Source of the DNA: the human T2T-CHM13v2.0 reference genome, Homo sapiens
Length of the DNA: 64,000 nt
Reading direction: 5' to 3' (one strand)
NCBI RefSeq assembly: GCF_009914755.1
Contig: NC_060926.1
The notes under the pieces were generated by a model. It had not been told where the DNA came from, did not search any database, and worked only from the letters and a program-made list of their open reading frames with translations. The position numbers and the translations under genes are program-made. Each line of letters starts with the position of its first letter. The stretch's first letter is position 1. Positions 32,626 to 47,248 of this stretch are shown here, piece by piece.

Positions 32626-33780
32626 GACTGTAACATATAAAATGGGGTGCTGCTCTAGCGAATATCTAAAATGTGAAAGTGGCAATGGAATTAGGTAATG
32701 GGTAGAGGCTGGAAAAGTTGGAGGAGCATGACTAAAACTGCTTTTTTGGCTAGCACAGATAGTGTACAGAAATATGGATGATAATGACTTTGCTAGTGAG
32801 GTTTCAAAGTGCAAAGCACAGTAGAGAAAATACATACTGTCCTAGAGAATTTTTTAGTTATCAGAAACCGTTGGTAGAAACATGGACAGTAAAGGCACTG
32901 CCAGTGAGGGCTTATGAGAAAATGAAGAATGTTATTGGATAACGGAGGAAAAGGAACATGTGTATGTATAGCCAGAAACTTTGTTACTTTCCACATAACT
33001 TTCCTACAGTTATGTGGAAAGTACAACTTAAAGCAACAGCCATTAATTGTTAGCTGAGGAGATTTCCAAGCAAGGTGTTAAAACCAAAACCTGATTTCTG
33101 CTCCCTGCTTAAAACGGTTGAACATACTTAATTCAAAAGTCCAATATCTGAAACTTTTTGAGCACCAACATGACACCCAAAGTAGAAAATTAAACACATA
33201 AGTACTTAATACAAACTTTCTTTTGGACACAAAATACTGAAATTATTATATAAGATTATCTTCCAGTGATGTGTATAAGGTGTATAACAAATGTAAATAA
33301 ATTTAATGTTTAGATTTAGATCCCATCCCCAAGTTATCTCATTTTGCATCTTCAAGTATTCCAATTTTTTTTTAAATCCCAAATCCTAAATAACTCTGGT
33401 CCCAAGCATTTTGAATAAGGAATAATGGGTCTATACCAAAATAAAAGAAAAAGGAAAGAAATTGAGGAAAGAACTATTAAGCAAAAAGGAACAAAGATCT
33501 AATGATTTGGGAAGTTATTCTTGGCCTATCAAGATTGCAAAAGATGCTAAACTTAAGATTCACTGTCAAGAAGGCATGCTCTGGAGAAAAAAACAAAGAC
33601 CAAATGCAAATTTTGTTACTTCTTTGGAAGGATCCAAACTTAGACTATTAAGTCAAAGAAAGGACTCTGAGAAAATTAGGCTTGTGATTAATGTATTCCT
33701 TTGGCCATCTCAATGGAAGACAAAAATAGAAATGGAATTATCTAAAAAAGACCTTACTAGGAGCCTCTTGTTCCTAGGCT
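32626..33780 (+). mobile_element. MaLR (MLT1) internal sequence, interrupted by a Tigger
   Basis: ggggtgctgct...taaaatgtgaaagtggc...ggtaatgggtagaggctggaa directly follows the LTR. Confidence 0.7.
33114..33433 (+). mobile_element. Tigger4b-like DNA transposon (MITE)
   Basis: ctttttgagcaccaacatgac...ctggtcccaagcattttgaataagg; decayed TIRs. Confidence 0.75.
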
Positions 33781-35328
33781 GATGTTATATAAACTATCTA
33801 TATCAATAATCAATTAATCAATAAATCAAAAAGCAAATATGTTTGGGAAATTTACTTATTGGTTTTTTCCTGTGTTTTCCTGGTTTAGTGTTTCCTGTGC
33901 TTTGGAAAATAGGGAAAAAGAATGTTTAATGACTTCAAGGAAATTACAAATTACTTAAAGATTTTTTAAAAATTAAAATATAGGAGAAAAATAATGCTCA
34001 AATGATGCACGGTGTGGTCTAAATTACAGTAGGAGTTGAAAGAAATGAATATATTTGAAGGGGTTGTGTCTTCCCATGGGGAAGTGATATTAAGCTAGGA
34101 ATTTAAGGATAAATGTTACAGTCGTGTTGAGCAAAATGGGGGACAAGCAGCAAAGGAAAAATAACTTTAAGGTAAAAGGTATAGATTGGTTTAAGTAGGA
34201 AAAGTTATCTACTTAGGAACCAGAGGTGGATTATATTAGAGAGGTAAATTGTGGTCAGAATATATTGTAGGTGAAATTTATAAAATTCATCTCTTATTTG
34301 AGTAGTTGGGAATCATTGAATGGATTAACTTCCTGGATGCTTTAATCAATCACAAGTGTGTTTTCAGTTTTAAAAGTTTGTCTTTTATATTTCACAGTGC
34401 ACCATTTTGAGCAGATAAATTTGTGAATTATTAGAGTGATAAAAGCATTAAAAAAAGAATGTAGTCATTTTTATAATCACAAAAACATATTTAATTACCT
34501 TTATATGAGGCATATTTATATTCAAGTGCATGTGTATTTCTGCACATAAAACATTAACTGGGTAAGAATTCCAAGTCTGTTTATGAAGGAATACCAGTAA
34601 TTATATTGCAAGTTCTTATATGGTAAGTCAATCACCAGCCAGTGTCTACCTACAGATGAAGTGTGTCAAAATTTCAGGTTTTATTTGCTCTTGTTAAACT
34701 CCAATTAAATTTGTTTCTATTATTTTCTGGTTTTGAACAAATTATTTCATCAACTTATTTGTTTACTGGGAAATTTATCTTTGCCCAATTATTTCATAAT
34801 TTTTTAAAAATAAAAGACATCTTAGGTTTACAGACATTTTGAGTATATGAGACAACTTGGTATAAAGAGATAGATAATAAGATCATTAAGTTTTGTTTCT
34901 CATTTGGGATAAGAGCATTATTATTGCTTTAAAATGACTAATTAAGCTGATTGCAGATTCTTAAGGAGTTGGTATCTGAATAATCTGATTTTATGGGCTT
35001 TGTTTTCTATTTTTTTTCCTTTTAGGCCACTTCCATATAATACAGAGCTGATCACATCAAGCTTCATCTGCTGTTTTTACCTAATACAAATACTTCACTA
35101 CAACTTTAGTTTTGATATTTTTACACATTTATTACCCTTCCTATCCTCATCTCTCTTCTTTGATGATTTCACTCTGCCTGAAATATTCTCTACTTCTCTT
35201 CTACTTCATGTTCTTCAGTATAACCATGTTCCCCAAAACAGCTTTCTGAAATTATTTTCATTTCTTTTTGTGTTCTCTTTTAATCGATATATGAAAAATT
35301 TCCAAGCATATTGACAAATTTCTAAATA

Positions 35329-35755
35329 TAGTTGACCCTTGAAAAACATGGATGTGAGCTTCACAAGTCCACTTATATTAGATTTTCTTCCATTTCTGCC
35401 ACTCCAAGACAGTAAGACCAACAGCCCCTCTTCTTCCTCCTCCTCAAACTACAATGTGAAGCTGAAATGAACGAGGACTTTTATGATGATCCACTTCCAC
35501 TTAATGAATAGTAAACATATTTTCTTTTCCTTTTAATTTTCTTAATAACGTTATTTTCTTTCACTTACTTTATTGTAAGAATATAGTATACAACACATAT
35601 GACATATGTGCTAATTACTAATTGTGTTATGGATAAAGCTTCTGGTCAACAGTAGGCTATTAGTAAAGTTTTAAGGGAGTCAAAAGTTATTCATGGATTT
35701 TTTACTGCCCTGGGGGTAGGTTCTCCTAAACTCTTTGTTGTTCATGTGTCACCTA
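35329..35755 (+). mobile_element. Tigger2a-like DNA transposon
   Basis: agttgacccttgaaaaacatgg TIR; gatgatccacttccacttaatgaatag; TA flanks. Confidence 0.85.
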
Positions 35756-36361
35756 TAGTGAATTTTCTTACCTTTTGTTATGTGACCTGAAGTTCAAGAT
35801 TTTCAGAATGTTCTGTCAGTTCTATCAATCTGCCTACAAAATATTCAAAGAAAATATCATGTAGACAACCAACATATATAAAAGGTAAAGCAATAACAAA
35901 ATGAAAAGAAAAAACAGCAATTATAAGTAAAAGCTAATATGTAGTCTACTTTCTCAACCACTATGATCCCATATAATACTGAAAAGAGAGGAATTTATCT
36001 ATTTTAATATATGGGCTTTAAACAAAGACAGTGACATTTCCAGGTGTTAAAAATAAAGAAAGGCATTAAAACCAGGGAGGTAAATATACTGGTTCATGGT
36101 GGGCTAACTCAGAGGGCCTGGATATTTGAGGCTGTGCCTATCTGAATAAAGAAATCAGTTCTTGTCCCCATGGCAAAAGGAAAAGTAGAACCAGGGAAAC
36201 TCTCATATCCCCTAGCTCTGAAATTACTTTCCCCACATTTAAAAAAAAAAAAAAAAATTTACTCTTCTCACTGCCCAAGGAATTTTTAAAAATACTCATT
36301 TGCTATTTGACACAGTTGTGAAGAATTATTTTCTATGAGAAATCCAAACTACAGTTACAAT

Positions 36362-39049
36362 CTCCTGCTTGTGACCAAGATAGAATAACCAGGACTGAAT
36401 TTGCTTCCTGCCCCTAATAATTGACATAAAGAGACAGGCAAAATGTATGAAACAATAGATTTCAGACACTGAACATCAGGCAGCAAATGGTAGTGAACAC
36501 TGAAAGAGAGAAAAACCAATGAGGGGAGCCATCTGATTACTGTGGCTTACTAGAGAGTTTCTAAAATGCAGTGCAAGAAGTGGAAAACCAGTTGAAGCTT
36601 GGCAGTCTCTCCAAGTTGAAAAGACAGATGTGGAAGTCCCAATAGATCAAAGTAGTTCGAACTCACAGGGTAAAATACTGAAGAAAAAGAGAGCAGCAGA
36701 GAGAGAATGGAAGGTTTTGAGATCTCCAGAAGGTCCCCCTTGATGTTGAAGCTGAGCATTGATAAGGACATTTATATTAAAAAACTACCTGAGAACTGAG
36801 AAATACTTATCCAAAAGAAGCAGATAAAACAATTCTCAGAGATCACTCTCCACCAGGACTATTTCATGTTGCTACCAGACAGAGAAGGCCTTAAAATTCA
36901 CTGGGCATTGGGTGTAGTAGTAATTCCAAGGGAATTGACTGTGTAGTAGGGCAAAGGCGGACCTAGATTAACATAGTTCTGATTCTGTCTAATAAAGCTT
37001 AAAAAAAAACTTGAAAAAAAAATCAAGTTGCTTACAGGTAACTATATCCCATAACAAAGCTCAATAATCTTTACCTTGGAATACAAAGTAGGAATACAAA
37101 GCTACCTAGGACACAACAAGATGAAATTCACGATGTCTGACGCCTGATCAAATATTACCAAGCATGAAAAGAGGCAGGAAACTGCAATCCATATTGAGGA
37201 AGAAAATAAATCAACACAAAAAGACACAATAATAGCACAAGCTTTAGAATTATTATACAAAGTCAATAAAACAGTTATAACTCAATTCCATATTTTCAAG
37301 AAGGTAGAGGAAAAAAGTAAATATGTTAAGTAGAACATAGAAAAAAATTTAAAGAGGCTTGAATTGAACTTCTAGATACAAAATCCATAATATCTGATAT
37401 CAAAATACATTGCATGGTATGGGCCACAGATTGGATGCTGAAGAAGAAAAGGTATTGACATTGAACGTGAAAACACAGCAGTAGAACAATCCCAAACAAA
37501 ACACATTCAAATAACATTAATTAAAAGGATGAAGGGAACACAAATGAAATAAGTGAAATGTGGAGCACTCTCAAGAAGCCTAATATATACATAATAGGAG
37601 TTGCTGAAAGAGAGAGGTGGAAGGGAGGTCAGATGGAATATTTTGAATAGCAGTGAATTTTTAAATTCCCAAATTAAACCCACAGATTCAAGAAATTCAA
37701 AGAATCCTAAGCACATTCTTGAAAAAGAAAATTACAAAAAAAGAAACATATTGAATCGCTTAAAACCTGAGAAAAAGTTAATAATTCAGAATTAGCCAGA
37801 AAGATTTTATATTTTTTTCATACAGCAGGGAAAAATATAAAAATGACAACAGAGTTCTATTGAAAACAATACAAGTTAGAAGATAATGAGGCAATATCCT
37901 ACAAGAATGAAAGAAAAAAGATAACTTAGCAAAAATATATTTTATAGTGAAAATATCTTTCAAAAGCAAAATAAAGACTTTCTTGACAGAGTAAAGCTAA
38001 AAGAAGTTGTCACCAACCTACTCGTATTATAAAAATGCTAAAACAGTTTCTTCAGACAGAATGAAAATAATACGAGATGAAAAGTAGCATCTAACCAAAG
38101 GAATTAAGAGTACCCAAAAAGGCTAAGTGGATAAATAAGTGGATAAATTAAAAAGTAATATTTCTAACTTGATTTTGAAGACTCTTTGAGGATATCATTT
38201 AAAGCAAAAACAACAGTGCAATGTAAAGTTCATTAAATTATATGACAATAATAAATGCTGGGAGAAAAAGTAGAATTGCACTGATGTGAGGTCATTATTT
38301 TGTACATGAAGTAGTACAGTATGTCATTACTTGGAGGTGGATTGTGATGAGATATAGGCGTACACCATAAACCCTAAAGCAACCATTAAAAAACAGAGTT
38401 ATAGTTAATAAATCAAATAAGAAGCTAAAATAGAATTACCAAAATATATACAACAAATCCAAAAGATGGCAGAAAAGCAGCAATGGGAAAAAAAGAATGT
38501 ATAAAATTATTGGAAAAAATAGCAACATAGTATATTTAAATTCTCTCTCTCAGTAGCTACCTTCAAACACTCAAGTGAAAAGCTAAAAATAGATGAAAAA
38601 ATGACATTAAAATTTGCTTTCTTCCAGAAATTCACTTTAAATGTGTTATAATTATTTTATTCTAAAAAGATGGGAAATGATATACCACATCAATATTAAT
38701 AAAAAGATAAATGGAATCCTATTTCAATATCAGATAAATGTAATTTCATAGCAAAAATATTACCAGGGATTAAGAGGAATATTTTTTACTGATAATGACA
38801 TCAATTTTTCAAGAGAATGAAGAGCAACTAAATACAATTGGGTCAAGTTTCACATGGTTTTATGTTGTGAACTAAAATACACATACACATAGCCCCCAAA
38901 CTGGATTTTTGTATACACAATAGATAGATCCCTGTCAAGATGGAATACATGTATAATATAAGAACTATAGAGAAACTTTCTCTCTTTCTTTCTTTCTTAC
39001 TGTGTGTCTCTCTCTCTTACTGTCTCTCTTTCTCTCTCTCTCTCTGTGC

Positions 39050-39083
<34 letters not shown>

Positions 39084-40310
39084 TTATGTAATAATATATC
39101 TGTAGTAGAAAAGATCTAAGGAATAAAAAACATACGTGTATTTTATATTAGTAAGTCTTATATAATTGAATACATAGAGGGAGTTGGAAATGCATGATAC
39201 TTATTTAAATGTTGCTGTAAATGTAAGTGATGTTCTTGCTGAAATCAGATTCCCCTCACCACCTCAGAGTTAGTATTCAAGAAATGTAGCAAAGTTTAAA
39301 TGTAACACAGTGCATGTAATCTATTCTGATAAGGCTTATTATTTTCAATAAATGGAGTGAAATTTAAAAAATTAGATAAATAACAATTATAAAGGTTTAT
39401 GTACCTAATAAGAGCACATATTTTATGTGAAGCAAAAATGTATTGAATGAAGAAATATAAAAATCTACAGGTTTATTCAGGCATTTAATATTGTAATAAT
39501 TGATACAAGTAGACAGAATATCAGTAAGGGTATTGAAGACTTGAAAAACACTATCAATCATAAAATAATCCTAAGTAAATCCAAGAGTTAAATCATAACA
39601 GGATATCATCTGATCAGAATGGAATTAAATTAATAATTAATAACAAAAAGGTTTATAGAGAATCCCCAGATATTTGGAAACTAAACAACATATTTCTAAA
39701 TAACACCAGGGAAAAAGAAGAAATTAAAGAGAAATTAGAAACTACTATTAACAGAATGAAAGTAAAACTGAACATATTAATATTTGTGGGAGCCAAGAAA
39801 AGCAATGTTTGAGGGAAGTTTGTAGCCGCAAAAACTTGTTAGAATACATATAAGAAAAGCATCAAATTAATTACCTAAATTTCCACCTTAAGAAATGAGA
39901 TAAAGAGGAGCACATTAAATATAAAATGAGTAAAAGAAATAAAATAATGAAGATAAGATTATGCATTAATAAAATAACAACCAAAAAATAAATCAGCCCA
40001 AGGCTGATTCTTCGAGATGTTAGCAATACATCAGAAATATCAAGAGCCTGAGAAAGAGAGAAATTACCAATATCAGGAATGAGAGAGATTATAAGGGATG
40101 TTATAAATAACTTTAGGATAACAAATTTGATGATTTAGTTGGAGAAAGACCTAGAAAGATACAAATAATTACTAAAGCCCACTCAATAAAAAATAAATAA
40201 CCCAAACAGTTTATGTGCATTAAATCAAATAAATTTTTGTTAAATACCTTTCCAGAATGAAAATTCCAGACCCAGATAGCTTCACAAGCAATTAAAGAAG
40301 AGAAATACAA
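36362..40310 (+). mobile_element. Old L1M element (5'UTR, ORF1, ORF2 endonuclease region), highly decayed
   Basis: A-rich L1 sense composition; tggaaactaaacaacatatttctaaataac (WKLNN..LNN motif). Confidence 0.75.
38978..39082. repeat. (CT)n/(TA)n microsatellite
   Basis: Seen directly in sequence. Confidence 0.85.
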
Positions 40311-40999
40311 ATATACTAAATACTCATATACTAAAATGCAAATGTAAAAATATTAACTTCAAAAAATTTGTATTTGAGGCTGTACAAAATCAACTAATAG
40401 ATAAAATAAGTACAAAAAAACTTTAGCATATTAAAACATATTTATCAAATAGATAAATAGTATAATTAATTAGTAAATAGTACTTCACACGTCCAAATGC
40501 TCAGTGTCATTGTTAAAATTCATTTATCTGGATTAATAATGTTATATTTTTCCAGAGAGCATTTTAAAAATATCCTTGCAAATGGAAAGATAAAACATTG
40601 TCATTAATAATTTAATCTACATTAATTAAATTATCATCTGCATGAGCAGAGGGCATACATTCAAATTGCTATATTCTATTGCCATCATAGCTGAAGATTT
40701 TCTGATTGATTTCTTTCCTCTAAGATAGATGGAAAAAATCCTAAATATATTGGAGAGTTCATGTAAATTCCTACAATGGCATCCATATTAAACAGCAAGA
40801 TTTTGATTTAAAATCAAGGGAAAGTAGCAAGATAGTGATAACTGGGTTTTCGTTCATTTCCAAATTATTAATTGACCTTGCTTACTTTAATCTTCACTTT
40901 CTTGCAGAGTCTAGAGGCATAGAATGCCATAGTAAATGTTACCAGATCTTTCAGTGTGCAGTCTGAGTGGTAGCATGTAATTTATTTACAAGATGTCAT

Positions 41000-41225
41000 C
41001 TTCAAGCCTCTCAGGGTTTTAATCCTGGTTTTGCCTACTTTTGTGTTTTTGGACAAAAACATTCACCTTTCTGAGTCTCTGTTACTTCAACAGTATAATA
41101 GGAGTGAAAATAGAGGTTCCCTCCAAGGTAGATTGTAAGGATTAAAAAACAATGTGTACAGGACTTAGAAGATCTCCTGGCATATCTAAGCAATTAATAA
41201 ATCTCAGTTGTGATTATTGTTATCA
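41000..41225 (+). mobile_element. MIR fragment
   Basis: Decayed MIR core and 3' tail. Confidence 0.55.
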
Positions 41226-41343
41226 TCTTAATGAAGCACTCTTGTACCCTAATTCAAACTTTGAGTCTATCTTCATTTTTGTTAATCACTGGTCTACTAG
41301 TCACACCCAGTAAAATTTAAAGTAATACAAAAAATTAGGTTCA

Positions 41344-41687
<344 letters not shown>

Positions 41688-42240
41688 TTAATCAAATTCT
41701 GAAAATCATCATTTAAAAAAAGTAAATATTCTTGAACATTAAAAGGAAATTCAAACGTAAGCTTCATATTGAAATTGAGTGCTATAATCTTATGGAATTT
41801 CTTAAAGGTATCAGCACTCTATTAGCTAAGTCGTGTGATTTTAGTAAATGTGAATCAGGAAGGTGAAAATCTAATGAAAGCCTTGCTCAAGAGGTTTACA
41901 AAGTTATTTGATTCAGAAGCAACAGGCATTGAAGCCCTTTCTAAATTAAGAAAACTAAGTCACCAAACATATTTACACATATGTTTTAATGTAACTTTAT
42001 CTGTTTGGGGATTGTATAGTATGCACAATGTATTTTATTATTTAATCCAATCTAATTACCTAAAAAATCCTTTGGGGAATTATTTCCGCTACTCTATGCT
42101 TTCCATGCCATTGGGGATAGATATGTAACTTGCCTCAAATACTAGGTCAATTATAAATGTCTGTGTTGTTTGAACTGTATTTTATTAAAAAGATGTCAAA
42201 ATGATGTTAGGTAATTGATTTAAAAAGAAAGAAAAGCTGA

Positions 42241-42545
42241 GGCCAGGTGTGGTGGCTCATGCCTGTAATCCCAGCACTTTGGGAGGCTGAGGTGGGTGGC
42301 TCACAGGGTCAGGAGTTCAAGACCAGCCTGGCCAAGATGGTGAAACCTTGTGTCCACTAAAAATAAAAAAATTAGCCGGGTGTGGTGACAGGCACCTGTA
42401 ATCCCAGCTACTCGGGAGGCTGAGGAGAGAATTGCTTGAACCCGGGAAGCGGAGGTTGCAGTGAGCTGAGACTGTGCCACTGCACTCCAGCCTGGGTGAC
42501 AGAGCGAGACTCCATCTCAAAAAAATAAAATAAAATAAAATAAGA
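42241..42545 (+). mobile_element. Alu (AluSg-like)
   Basis: Dimeric Alu with (TAAAA)n tail; TSD aagaaagaaaagc. Confidence 0.9.
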
Positions 42546-42577
42546 AGAAAGAAAAGCCAGGATAGACTAAATGGTAC

Positions 42578-43284
42578 TGTTAAAGCAGGTAGCTAGTCAG
42601 GCATGATCAGGGCAGAGAGGGCTCCCTCCCCTCCTATCAGGAATGGCAGGCAACCACCAGGTGATGGTCAGGCAGTTGTTACACTGTTTCTTTAAAATAA
42701 CTGGTTGTAGCTGGCACGAAGGAAAGGCAGTCTCCCAATAGATAGAAAAAACCTGAAACTGGTGATTAGCAGCTTCCCCATAAGATCTCAGGAGTTGGAT
42801 GAGTGGGCTTAAGCATAGACACTAAGAGACAACATAGTGGAGTTTAACAGGTATATGACCTTCTAGGAGTATTCAACTGGTAAGTGAAGAACGCCTCAAG
42901 TGAGCATCCGTGCAACTCCAATAAACACACTATGCATACAGCCCCTCCCAAGTGCTAGCAGGCCATTGCACATGCAGACAGCCCACCCTAAGGGAAGAAA
43001 CAGGGGAGAAGTAATGCAAGACCCTAGAAGCATACCAACATATAAAACCCTAAGTCAAAAGTCAAAATGTGCACTTGATCTCTCAAGTCGCCCTCTTGGC
43101 CCTCTTCCAGGTGTACTTTACTTCCTTTCATTTCGGTTCTAAAGGTTTTTAATAAACATCCAATCCTGCTCTAACACTTACTTGAATCTCTCCTTCTGCT
43201 TTATGCCCCTCAGTCGAATTCTTTCTTCTGAGGCAGCAAGAATTGAGGTTGCTGCAGACCCATACAGATTCGCCACAGGTAACA
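42578..43284 (+). mobile_element. ERV1 solo LTR, MER50-like
   Basis: TG...CA termini, tataaaa, aataaa; near-TSD gtac/gcac. Confidence 0.85.
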
Positions 43285-44089
43285 GCACTGGACATGTCCT
43301 CCTACTCTAAACAACTAAACAGCTCTTCAAAATATATGAAACAATTGTTTTTAGACAATCTATAACAAGCAGCACAGACTGGTCCCTGACAGAAGGCAAG
43401 CAAGTTAATTATATGGGCATTGTCATCACGCTGATTTTTGCCTTGGTATTTTTTTCAAGATGATAGAGAGCAAGTAGGGAGGTCTTGTCGAGTTGAGGAG
43501 ACAGATAATAGCATTGGGAAAGGTTGAAATGGATATATTTTACAGATTTTATCAGGGCTATAAAAATCTGCTTCAGGGTCCCCTTGAGTCTTTGGTTAAG
43601 TACTAACGTGTGCATGTCCGGGGTTGACTCCATGGCTCCAGGCAAATAGCAATTACTAGAGAAAGAACAACTGTCAGGGAGCTGCAAACTGACCAATTTT
43701 CAAAGGTCATCAATTTACATTTCCGCTAATAGAATACAACAATTGTGTTGCTGCACATCTTTGTCATTTGTTATTTGTTTGACAATTTAAAAAATGATGC
43801 TTATCTAATGGGTATGATATAGACACATTGTTTTATCAGCTATAATGGAAAGATCCTGCTAAACACCTGTGGCATTCAATAGTATCCCCAGAAGATCCAT
43901 GCCTTAGTAGATAGAATTACGATAAAAATACATTAAAAATCTATTATAGATATATTCCATGATTTTTTAAAGAAAAACATGAATATAATTTGGAAAGAAA
44001 TGGAACTTATTTAAAAGAACCTAAAGAAGCATTAAAGTCTAGAAACAATGCAAAAACTAAAATGAAGTAGATTTAAAGAATGGGCTTAT
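43285..44089 (+). mobile_element. Old L1M 5' fragments (continue at 46686-46890)
   Basis: Similar to the 36400-36780 region; ORF1-like gaatgggcttatc...agtagatttgac is split by the ERV. Confidence 0.55.
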
Positions 44090-46315
44090 CTGTGATGCAT
44101 TATAAGGGACATCGGAAGGGAACAGATGAAATAGCTGAAGGAAACAAGTTAGCTGATCAGGCAGCCTAGTCAGTGGCAAGAAAGCCTCAGGGTCTCAACA
44201 CACCCAAAGCCCTTCTAATCTGGGAAGCCTTCATAGAAGAAATGAAGCCTCAGTACTCCCCTGCAGAGATAGAATGGGCCATCTCTCAAGGGTACACTTT
44301 CCAACCCTCAGGATGGCTACAGTCAGAGGATGGCAACTCCACTTGCCAGCCTCCAGCCAGTGATCCTTCACCAAGCTTTTTCCTTGGGAAAGGATGAAAC
44401 CTATGAGTGAGCCTAGGGATTGTTTTCAGGAGAGAAATTATTAAAAACAGTCAAACAGGTTGTTAATGCCTGTGAAATCTGTCTAAAAAAATAATCCCCT
44501 CAACAGGCAGCTCCTTCCTCCTCAAACCCAAAGGATGATTAAACTATCCAGGGGAAGACTGACAGACAGTCTTTACCCACATGCCAAAGATGAAGAGCAT
44601 ACAATACCTTCTATATCCAAGCCCTCTGAGGTAATAAAAGTGTTAGTTAATGAACTAGCTCCTGCTTTGGTCTACCTAAATACCTCCAAAGTAACAATGG
44701 CCCCTCGTTTAAGGCAGCTATCACACAGAGGGTCTCAAAGGCACTAGGCATACAGTATCATCTCCATTGTGCCTGGAGACCCCGGTCCCCAGGAAAGGTA
44801 GAGAAGACAAACAATATTATCAAAAGACACCTCAGAAAACTGTTCCAAGAAACTCACCTTACTGGGTCACTCTTCTTCCCATTGCTGCACTGCAGGTAAG
44901 AAATACCCCTTTAAAGTTAGGTCTGCATCCTTTCAAAATGCTGTATTAATGGCCTTTTCTTACAAATGGTTTTCTATTAGACCAAAAGACCTCAGAATTG
45001 GTTAAGCATGTAACTTCCCTAGCCCACTTCCAACAGGAATTAACACAATTAGCAGAAACCCAACCCCAAGAAATAGGATCACCTTTATTGAACACAGGAG
45101 ATTCGGTATTGGTACAGGCTCTTCCCTCTCTGTCTCCTTCCCTAAGCCCAAGCTGGGAAGGGCCTTACACTGTTCTTCTTTCAATCTCCTCGGAGGTAAA
45201 AGTTACAAAAATCTACTTCTGAGTACATAACACTCCAGTCAAAGCCTGAAAAGTTGAGGGAGCAATCCCAGGGGGCCTAGAGGAATGTCCCAGATATCAA
45301 TGCAAAGAGACAGGAGACCTTAAGCTGAAAATCATAAAAGATAACTAAACGAATGATGGCTACTTGTCCTACTCAGTCCCACACCTTCCTTACCAGATAC
45401 TTTCAGTCATTTCTATCTTTTCTCTTGAGATTGCCCACCAGATATGAGAACTTCTTTTTGACACATACTTGCAGGGAGATTTTGATTATCCATGGGATTA
45501 CATTTGTCACTTCATAGACCTCTAAAGGGAAATTCTATATCTTTGTGAGTAAATTTTAAAGGGGAGTCATTTATTACACTAGAGATTTTTATTGTCCCTA
45601 GGATTACATTTGTAACTTAATAGACCTCCAAAGGGAAATTCTATATATTTGTGAGTAAATTTTAAAGGGGAATTATTTATTACCTTACTCTTGTGAGAAT
45701 TCCTACTCTTACTCTACGATTTACAGTAAAACTATACTGTGTCACCCACATTGTGGAATTCTAGATGGAAAATTCTAATCGCTATAATATTCTGCCTAAT
45801 TATGTTCATAACAGGATTAATAATTACAGGAACGATTTTGTCAAAGTTAGCAATAAAGTTACTCTGGCCACCCAATCCAATGGCACTTATCCTATATTAA
45901 GAAAATTTTGCTTCTATATTAATGCTTCTGGTAAAGTACAGCGACATCTGGTGGAGGCAACAGTATTACAACCCATCTAAATGGCTAATAGGTATCAAAC
46001 AAACTCTACTCTCATGGTTATAGCCTATAGTACCCCTACTAATAGTGGCAATCTTAATACTCATATTCAAACTCTACATTCTAAACTTCTTGTAAAATTA
46101 ATTTCTTCTCACCTAGAAGCTATTAAACTCCAAATGGTGCCTCAGATGGAACCATGCATGGACACACCTTTCTTCTGAGGACCCTTAGATTGACTCCAGG
46201 AGGAGCCCTACCTCCTGTTCCCCACATGATGCCCCTCTCCAGCAGGAAGTAGCCAGAAAGAGTCATGTTCAACACCCCCAACAGCAATTAGGTTTTCCAT
46301 TCCTGAGGGGCTAAA
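44090..46315 (+). mobile_element. ERV1 internal fragment (HUERS-P3/MER61-int-like): RNase H end, integrase, deleted env, PPT
   Basis: VMH.KGH..G..EIAEGNKLADQAA (RNase H); PSWEGPYTVLLS (integrase GPY); FCFYINASGKV and LLVKLISSHLEAIKLQM (env TM). Confidence 0.85.
45476..45685. repeat. 106-bp-period tandem duplication within the ERV
   Basis: Two diverged copies starting at 45476 and 45582. Confidence 0.85.
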
Positions 46316-46685
46316 TGATACAGAAGGTAGAAAGAAATTATTTAGGCAGATAGTGAAGGCAAAAGAGTCCTCAGCAGAATTTATTTTGGAGGCCATCAGA
46401 AATTTACATCCTATGCAAATGGCACATCTGGTCCAACCAGTCTTTCATGCCCTATGTAAATCAGACACCACCTCCTCACCAACTCATCTATAAAACCCAC
46501 TGCATTTCACCACAGATCCAGCAACCCATTTTTCTGGGACCTCTCTCTGCAGCAGAGAGTTATTCTCTTTCTTTAACCTAACTTCTGCTCTCAACTTCAC
46601 TCTTTGTGTGTCCATTTCCTTGTTCTCCATGGCCATGAGACAATGAACTGCAAGTGTTACTCCAGACAAGGAGGATGTTTTATCA
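46316..46685 (+). mobile_element. 3' LTR (MER61/LTR9-group-like)
   Basis: tgatacagaaggtagaaagaaattatttaggcag...tttatca, preceded by the purine-rich gagggg. Confidence 0.75.
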
Positions 46686-47248
46686 GTAGATTTGACATGA
46701 AAGAATAAAAAAAAATCAGTAAACTTGAAGACACAGTATAAAATTTTAAATATGAAGTGCACGGAGAAAGAAAGCTTAGTGTGAGGGGTGCATAGAAAGT
46801 TCTCACCAATAAGTGGTCTAACATTCTTAGAATTAGGAAAAAAATACAACAAAGGAGGATGGAAAGAAAGAAAAATAAGTTGAAGAAATATGTTCACACA
46901 CACATACACACACACTTCTTCATATACTGATTCATATTTAAATGCAGTTTTAAATAGCAAAGAGAAAAGAAGAAAGTTATTACACATATGAAACTATCAA
47001 GAAAAAGTAAGGTGAGGGCTCAGATTATATTTTCATTTAGAAATTAAGGGACTATTTGTGATCTTGAATATAATTTCAATGTAGAGATAAGAACTAAAAG
47101 ATTAGAATGAGGAGTTGGAGAATATAAATTATTTATTTGCACATTATAAGTAAATTTTAAATAAATATATGTACAAAATTATACAATGAATACCCATATA
47201 ATTAACCTATCTTAATAAACATTAAAATTTAGTAGAATCTCTTAATAT

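Noticed and set aside
45765-46178. Syncytin-like env gene
   Set aside because: Only short, frameshifted TM remnants remain; SU is absent
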